Source of the DNA: Trypanosoma brucei
Lineage: Eukaryota
Length of the DNA: 64,000 nt
NCBI GenBank assembly: GCA_000002445.1
Contig: CH464491.1
Coordinates: 4,896,001-4,960,000 of the forward strand
Direction: 5' to 3'
Part shown: in pieces, positions 57,391 through 64,000 of the stretch
How the letters are laid out: each line of letters begins with the position of its first letter
Position numbering within the stretch: position 1 is the first letter of the stretch
Position numbers and translations under genes: made by a program
The notes under the pieces: model-generated
The model's database searches: none
What the model was told of the DNA's origin: nothing
The model's input: the letters and a program-made list of their open reading frames with translations, nothing else

Positions 57391-58915
57391 ATGGCTGTCT
57401 TCATTTCCTTCTTCGCCACAGTAGCCTTTGTGCTCGTAACTTATGAAACCCATGTGCAAGCAGCGAACAAGAAGCCGCTTGTCAAAGCGGCGTGGAACGC
57501 CGTTTGCGATGTAGCGGCAGAATTATACGACGTAAGTGAAGCAACCAAGGAGGCAACAGCGTCCAAAAGGAGAGTTGTAGACAAGATGCAACAGCAACTC
57601 TTGCGGACACGAATTCTAATTCAAACATTAATAAGCGACCAGGACGTCAAGCGATTCACCACAGTGGCGAAATATCTAGAGACGAAACTAGCAGCGGCGC
57701 TGAAAAATTTACTCGGCTCTGACGCAACAACAGCGGAAGATATACTTACGAAGACGGCCTTTGCCAACGGCCACATAAGGGAGTTCTTGGTTATTGCTTC
57801 TGGAGCAACTCAGAGCGGCAGCGCAGGCTGCATCAGTAACCATGCAAGCGACGGTGGCAGCGAACTCAAAACCCTATCACAACTCATCAGAGAACATGGA
57901 CCATGCAAAGCACTGGAAAACGAGAAGCCAACCGGATACGACAGGACGCAAGCGGTGACAGCAACAGGTTTCAAGCAGTTTACTTCTGGTGGAAGCGCCG
58001 TGTCAGGCAGTGAAAAAGGCTGCCGACTGCTCACAACAGAGAACAGTGAGGGGTACATCGAAGGGACGCTGGACACGCCTGAAGTCGCCATGGCCGGCGG
58101 CCTGCTGACCGCCAGCAGCGCCGGAGGCAAATTCACTGCCCTTGACAACATAGACGCCACCAGCAAGGACGACAAAAACAAAATAATAAAACAAGTATGG
58201 GAATCCCTCAAAAAAAAGCCAACAAAAGTGGCCGAATATACAGACGACGACATCAGCACACTAAAGAGTGAATCGACCTTCCAAGATGCTTTCAGATCCA
58301 TTTTTGGCGCAAGCAAAGACACAGAAGCCGACAGGATCGCAGAGACAATAGAAAAGCAATATCCCAAAAAAGGAAATGACTTTAACAAGCAAATCTGGCA
58401 AAGGATAGCGGACACATCCTTAAAATCAGAGATATCTGGACAAGAAAAGGGAACAAAGATAGGGACAATAGACGATATAGGGACCTTGACGGTCATTTTA
58501 AGAAATTTCACAGGCGAAAGACTAAAAAAAGAACGCGAGAGAGAACAGCAGAAGTCAGAAACCAAATGCAACGCAGAAGCCACTCAACAAGCTATATCAG
58601 CAGACTGCACAAAACTGGAGAAAGCGGAGTGCAAGCCCGACCTGGGATGCAAATATAATTAAACAGCGACTAAATGCGAAAACGATCCAAAAAGCTTGGT
58701 GGTGCAAGCAAACCAAGAAACAGGCAAGACAGATGGGGGTGTAAAATGCTCTGATCATAAAGACCAGTCGACCTGTGAGCAGGCCAATGAAGGAAAGGAC
58801 AAACCTGTTTGTGGACTTAGAAATGGAAGAGAGGACGAAGATTACGAGGATACGGAGAAATGCCGAAATGGAAGTTTTCTTGTAAATAAGAAATTGGATC
58901 CGAGTATGGCTGCGA
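57391..58915 (+). pseudogene. VSG pseudogene (frameshift between N-domain and C-terminal domain; GPI tail truncated at the DIRE junction)
   Basis: ORF 57391-58662 has signal MAVFISFFATVAFVLVTYETHVQA and an N-domain. The C-terminal domain is in another frame (58696-...: VKCSDHKDQSTCEQANEGKDKPVCGLRNGREDEDYEDTEKCRNGSFLVNKKLDPSMAAN). Confidence 0.75.
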
Positions 58916-58967
58916 ATAGGAGAATTAAGCCTTCAAGGATTCCAGTTTCCTCGTCAATAAAAATTTC

Positions 58968-61900
58968 TCTGGTGGCGCCGACCACCGCATCAATGTGGTG
59001 CCAGGGTTTATTTCTCCGTCCAGGAGGAAGCCAAGCGCTCGCATTAAACCCAATCCAACAGGATTGGGGCAAGAAACAGGCTTTCAGCGAACAGAGAAGA
59101 AGCAAGTAGCAGCATCGGCACCCTAGGGTGAAGAAATATATTAGACTGCTTCTTGCGTTTGAAAGTGTACCTCGATTGGGATACATAGGCTTCTACTACT
59201 TCTTAGCGAAGATGTAGAACAGAATCCCGGCCCCGTTATTCGTGGAGCCAAATGGAATGCTGTGGCGTTACCTCATGTAAAACGACTTGACTTGGAGAGG
59301 CGGCTTCAAGAGGACCACGTTGTATTCTGTTTATTGCGGGAGATTTACTCGGCTTCAGCGGGATCACCGCGCTTAAAATAAGAGAATACCAGCATGTAGC
59401 GTTGGAGAGAATTATGCACGGGGCTGGGGTGTAAATCCTAGTGCGAGATGAAATGGAGTGGGGAAAGGGGACATATGAAAAAAGGAGTGCTAGAAAGAGT
59501 GACAGCAACGCTGAGATTTTTGGCTGATCTGAATTTGGCAGTCACTTCAGCTTATTTTCTTAAAAAATCGGTAGTTTTTAACACAGCGTTGGAACAATTA
59601 GCGATAGAAAGATGGCTTCTATTAGAAGAGGCTGATGCCAACTCGCATCATGTGTTGTGGGACCCACTGTGGCCTCAAAACCTTCCCCAACTTTATACAT
59701 GTGGAATAAAGCGCGTTGGAGTGACTTCCGAGCGGTCGGTAATAAGTTCATTTTCAACAAGACTTAAAAGAATAATAGAAAGTGCGTATGCGCTAAATGA
59801 AGCCATCGCGAGAGGCAAAAGACAAGCAGCCAAGAAAAACATGCCAAAAGGTAAGGGTGTACCACAGCATTTCTGGACAAAGGAATTGAGAAAATCATAT
59901 AAGCAGATAAAGAAGTGTCGGGATGAAAAAAGGAGAGTTGCACTGGTTAGATGAAGAAAAAAAGTGCTTTCGAACATGGCCTTTCAACGATTAAAGAAAA
60001 ACGTCTCAAAATTGATAGTCAAAAATCCTGTCAGTTAGAATATCATAGTGTGTATTTACGCCACGCATAGTTTTACATTGAAAGTAGTGGTAGTAGATGA
60101 ACATCCATTGACTGAGCGCCAACAGGCACAAGCACCGGAAAATATGTACATCAAGCAGTTAAAAAGGCACAAGTGGCACCAGACATGCAATTTCCGAGCA
60201 CTAGGAGGAGGACCTTCGAGCAAGTCGAAGAAGCTGATGCGGAAACCGCAGTAAAAGAGCTCTCCTCTGGAACTGCTCCGGGGGACGACGAAGTTCATTG
60301 CGAAGAACTCAGAAAGCTTGGCATGATTGGTAAAAAGGGTTTGTTGATACTATTTAAATTTAGTCTGAAAAACAGTCAACTTCCAAAAAAATGGAAACCT
60401 TTTATAATTATTCCGCTGCTAAAGCATAATAAACATGAGGCAAGCATGGCGTCATTCAGACCAGTGACCCTCAAAAAATCCGTAACACATGGAGTAACAG
60501 TAGAAAAAAGCAGAGAAAGTATTCATAGATCATGATAGAGCTTTTGACTCTGTGGATCACGGATGTATAACCAAGGCATTACAAGAATTCGTAGTGGAGT
60601 TGCACACCTTGTAGCTTGGATAGCGATGTTCTTACAAGAAGGGACAGCACAAGTAAAAGTAAACAACACGAAGTCAGAGGAAATAAAGCTGACATGCGGC
60701 ATCTTCCAAGGCTCAGTGCTTAGTTAACTACCGTTAATTATAGCAGTAAACTCGATAAGAAAAAGGCTAAAAAGATTAAAGGATTGGTACATGGATTCTT
60801 CGCGGATGATCCTACCATAGTGTGAAACCACCCACTAACATCCTGGAGATCCAGAAAACAGTACAGATAAAACTCGATTGTGCAGCGAAGTTGGTAAAAG
60901 AAAAACCGGAGCACACTTTTCTTGGATCAAGAAACACAAACAGAAGAAGGCTAAATTTAGGTGGAAAAGAGTTAAAGGAAAATAGAACTCCAAAGATACT
61001 GGAATTGTCAATACAACCACACAAAGGACTGAGTAAGCAAACATCCACAAGTTCTACAAACAACAGAAAACATGTGACTAATGAAGCTTAGGGCAGTTGA
61101 CATCGCCCCTGTAGAGAAATAATAAGAACATTCTGTTTGGCTCTTGTTCAGGCGAAGTTTAGCTATAGTATAGTGTCATCGCGGTTTAATGCATCGCCAT
61201 CGGATAGAGAAAAGCTGTAAAAACAAAATGCTAATGCTGCTAACATTGTGGCAGCCAAACCGAAATCAGCAAACCGAACATATTCTCCTTTAGAGGCTTG
61301 TTTAAAGCCACTCAGCAACGAAGTGGCACGTCGCTGAGCAATTGAACACTATCTGAGGTTGAAAGTCATGGGAGCAAAAACGTTGACGTGGTGGATAAAA
61401 TGTTTCCACCAGAACATCCAATTCACATAAAAATGGTCAGGGTAAGTCATATATGCGGCGAAACAGATAAAACAGGAAAACCACAAGATGCGACCCTATT
61501 GCAAATTGCGAAGATAGTGTATTTTAACATCAAACCATCAGGAGTCTAAAAGCTAACGCAAAAGACAAATTTAAGAAAGTACAAACAGTGAAACTGGTAC
61601 AGAGTTTTAAAAACTATGGCTATCAGGCGTGGACAGATGGGTCGNNNNNNNNNNNNNNNNNNNNNNNNNNNNNNNNNNNNNNNNNNNNNNNNNNNNNNNN
61701 NNNNNNNNNNNNNNNNNNNNNNNNNNNNNNNNNNNNNNNNNNNNACCCATTCCTCCTATGGACGGGGTAAGGCATATGTACGAAAAAATAGATACTCCAG
61801 AAAAGCCACATGATGCAACTGTGTTACAAATAGCGAAGAGAGCACATTTTAATATCAAACCACCAGAGGGGCTAAAAGATGACACAGCAGACAAATCTAA

Positions 61901-64000
61901 GAAAGTACAAACAGTGAAGAGAGTACAGAGTTTTAAAAACTATGACTGTTGTATGCGGGCAGATGGGTCGGCGGTATTAGATATTTCTTCAGGGGAGGGA
62001 GTAATAGTGTACCACCTACATGGAAAAATTAAGAGAGTACATATGGGTGCTGGATCGTTGGCCTGCAACTATAGGATGGAAAGTGTAGCAATAGAGGCAG
62101 GTCTCAAACGGCTCGTAAAGATAATCGAGGTAAATGAAAATCACAAAAACAAAAGTATCTATATTCACAGACTCATTGTTGCTCTTAATGACGCTTAAAA
62201 CTGAACATGCGGTAGTAACAGAAGCGATTCTGAAAAGAATGTGAACAGTAATTCTTCATATTGTGAGGCTAAGAGTAGCTGTTAATTTTCAGTTTGTATT
62301 GTCACACTGCGGGGTCCCAAGAAATGAAGCAGTTGACAAAGAAGCAGAGAAAGACGATAAAATGCTAAGGACATATCCAGCATGGATCACGGACATAGTC
62401 ACATGTATAGAAAGGCACATCCATCGAGAAAGGGACAATGAATTCGAAGAGGTCCAAACGTCACAAACAAATCGCAGTGCTCTACTCAACCATAGTAAAC
62501 CTACGTAGAAAAAATTCAAATTGAACAGGATGGGAGAGTTTTTACTAGCGCAATTTAGAATAGGTACATCGAAACAATTCGGATGGCTACATCGCGTACT
62601 CAAAAAAAAACAACAGAGCGGCCTGAGTGTAGATGTTGTCACGGTGATTATGAGGAATAGAAAGCTATTGACAAGGTCAAAGCGATAGTCACACAAAATG
62701 ATAATACGGAACAGCAGTCATCACAGGCAACGGTAAGACAAAATGAGTCCATAATATGCACGTTGTGTCACTTGGTGTGTGCACGTTGTCACGCTGGAGA
62801 AGTGCACCTGATGACGATACACGCTTTGTAAAAGGAAAAGGGCGCTGGTAATGAAAAACATTTAAAAATTGGCGGAGCAGGCATAAAAAGGTAAATACAA
62901 GTGCCATGTTTGTGAAACGGAGTTTTAGAGAAGAGTTTTACTAGTGGAGTACATGGTCACACACACCCCTGAAATGATATCGCAGGTTGAGAATCGACAG
63001 AAAAGAAGCAGAAAAGAAGAGGCAGATTCGGAAAGACAAAAGCTACAGTGTCGATGGTTCCATATGAAATATGTGTTTTATGAATGATTAAAAAGGCATA
63101 TGCTAACAAAAAATCCTGAATAGCAGCAAACAGAAGACGAAAAATGAGAATCGACCTGCAGATCATAGCATGGAGGATACGGATGATAAAAAGGACAAAC
63201 TGGAGTGTCAAAGGCGTAAAAGGGTGCTAAAGAGTAAAGCTTGGCAGAAAAGACACGAATGCGTTCTAATATCAGACAACAACACAGAAGACTTCAAAGG
63301 AACAAAAAGCCATTTAAAGAAGTATTTTCCATAAGTGGAAAGGAATACAATTACAGCTAGCTTATTCGTTACATGCGTGAAAAGGACCTAGGACACGATG
63401 AGTCACCGATGCCAAGGACGCGAGTACAGCATTCAACCGTCGAGAAGAAAACGAAAAGGGAAGTCAGTGAGGAAAGGAAGTGAGTGCAGGGGGCAGGGGA
63501 AACAATTGATGAGGAAAGACCGAGAAAAAGGTCAAGAATAGGAAGGCACACAGAAGTTGATGAAGTAAAATATTTTGTGGGCGCAAGGTGAGATAGTGCA
63601 TAAAAGTCACAATACTCGCTGGTATGGCACACACACAAACACACATTAAGGGTGCCAAAACTGTTCAAAGAAAGACAAAAGATGAATCGGTATTAATAAC
63701 TCCTATAATGTAGAAGCCACACCAATGCCCGTACTACCCAATGAGGTGCACACAGAAGCAGTACCGAACAATGCATAATCAAGCGAGACACGGTCAGCCG
63801 AAGAAGGAAGCCGTGCACAACTTGCTGAAGGTCAAATGTGAGGAGTCACCAACCCATCCACTGGTGTGCCCGATATTACTTCCACTAAAGAAAAAAACAA
63901 GCTATAGAGAGAGCCTGACGGAAAAGGAAATATATAACAGTAAGCAGCTGGTACGATTCCTAATGAATATCTTTAAGATAAATGGCCACAATTAACCCAC
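58968..64000 (+). mobile_element. Degenerate ingi-related retroelement (DIRE-like), extends beyond the window end
   Basis: 5' end CTGGTGGCGCCGACCACCGCATCAATGTGGTGCCAGGG, similar to the ingi terminus. Colinear protein remnants: LLLSEDVEQNPGPVIRGAKWN (2A-like plus endonuclease), LNLAVTSAYF, RPVTL/FIDHDRAFDSV (RT), WTDGS (RNase H), CTLCHLVCARCHAGEVHLMTIHA (C2H2). Many stops. One 100-N gap. Confidence 0.7.
61645..61744. other. Assembly gap (100 N) inside the DIRE
   Basis: Run of N, flanked by a duplicated segment of about 190 bp. Confidence 1.

Overview
This window looks like a subtelomeric variant surface glycoprotein (VSG) array of Trypanosoma brucei or a very close relative, with nested non-LTR retrotransposons. 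It carries about 13 VSG genes or gene fragments. Two look intact (376-1887 + and 26666-28231 -); the rest are pseudogenes with frameshifts, in-frame stops or truncations, as expected for the silent archive. Upstream of the VSGs are 70-bp repeat tracts containing the GAGAGTGTTGTGAGTGTGTATATAC core next to (TAA)n runs. Downstream of several VSG stops is the conserved 3'UTR 16-mer TGATATATTTTAACAC. Transcription polarity switches twice: + VSGs 376-8010, - VSGs 13761-37892, + VSGs 45647-58975. Each switch coincides with a full-length ingi retrotransposon of about 5.25 kb (8321-13576 - and 40284-45534 -). Both are degenerate and contain apurinic endonuclease, reverse transcriptase, RNase H and C2H2 zinc-finger regions. 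Each is flanked by an extra ingi 5'-end fragment. A further solo 5' half of the RIME element with a 10-bp direct repeat lies at 24060-24297, and a degenerate ingi-related element (DIRE) runs from 58968 to the window end. Two diverged inverted copies of a beta-1,3-glycosyltransferase-like pseudogene, each paired with a second conserved ORF, sit next to VSGs, which suggests an old segmental duplication. The most unusual signal is a recurrent element of about 100-190 bp bounded by inverted telomeric hexamers (TTAGGG...CCCTAA). It occurs three times, always 130-330 bp downstream of a VSG 16-mer and upstream of an orphan VSG C-terminal-domain fragment. Three 100-N assembly gaps (8083-8182, 47362-47461, 61645-61744) all fall inside repeats. 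I found no rRNA, tRNA or CRISPR. All calls rest on reading the sequence and on recalled family features; I ran no database search.
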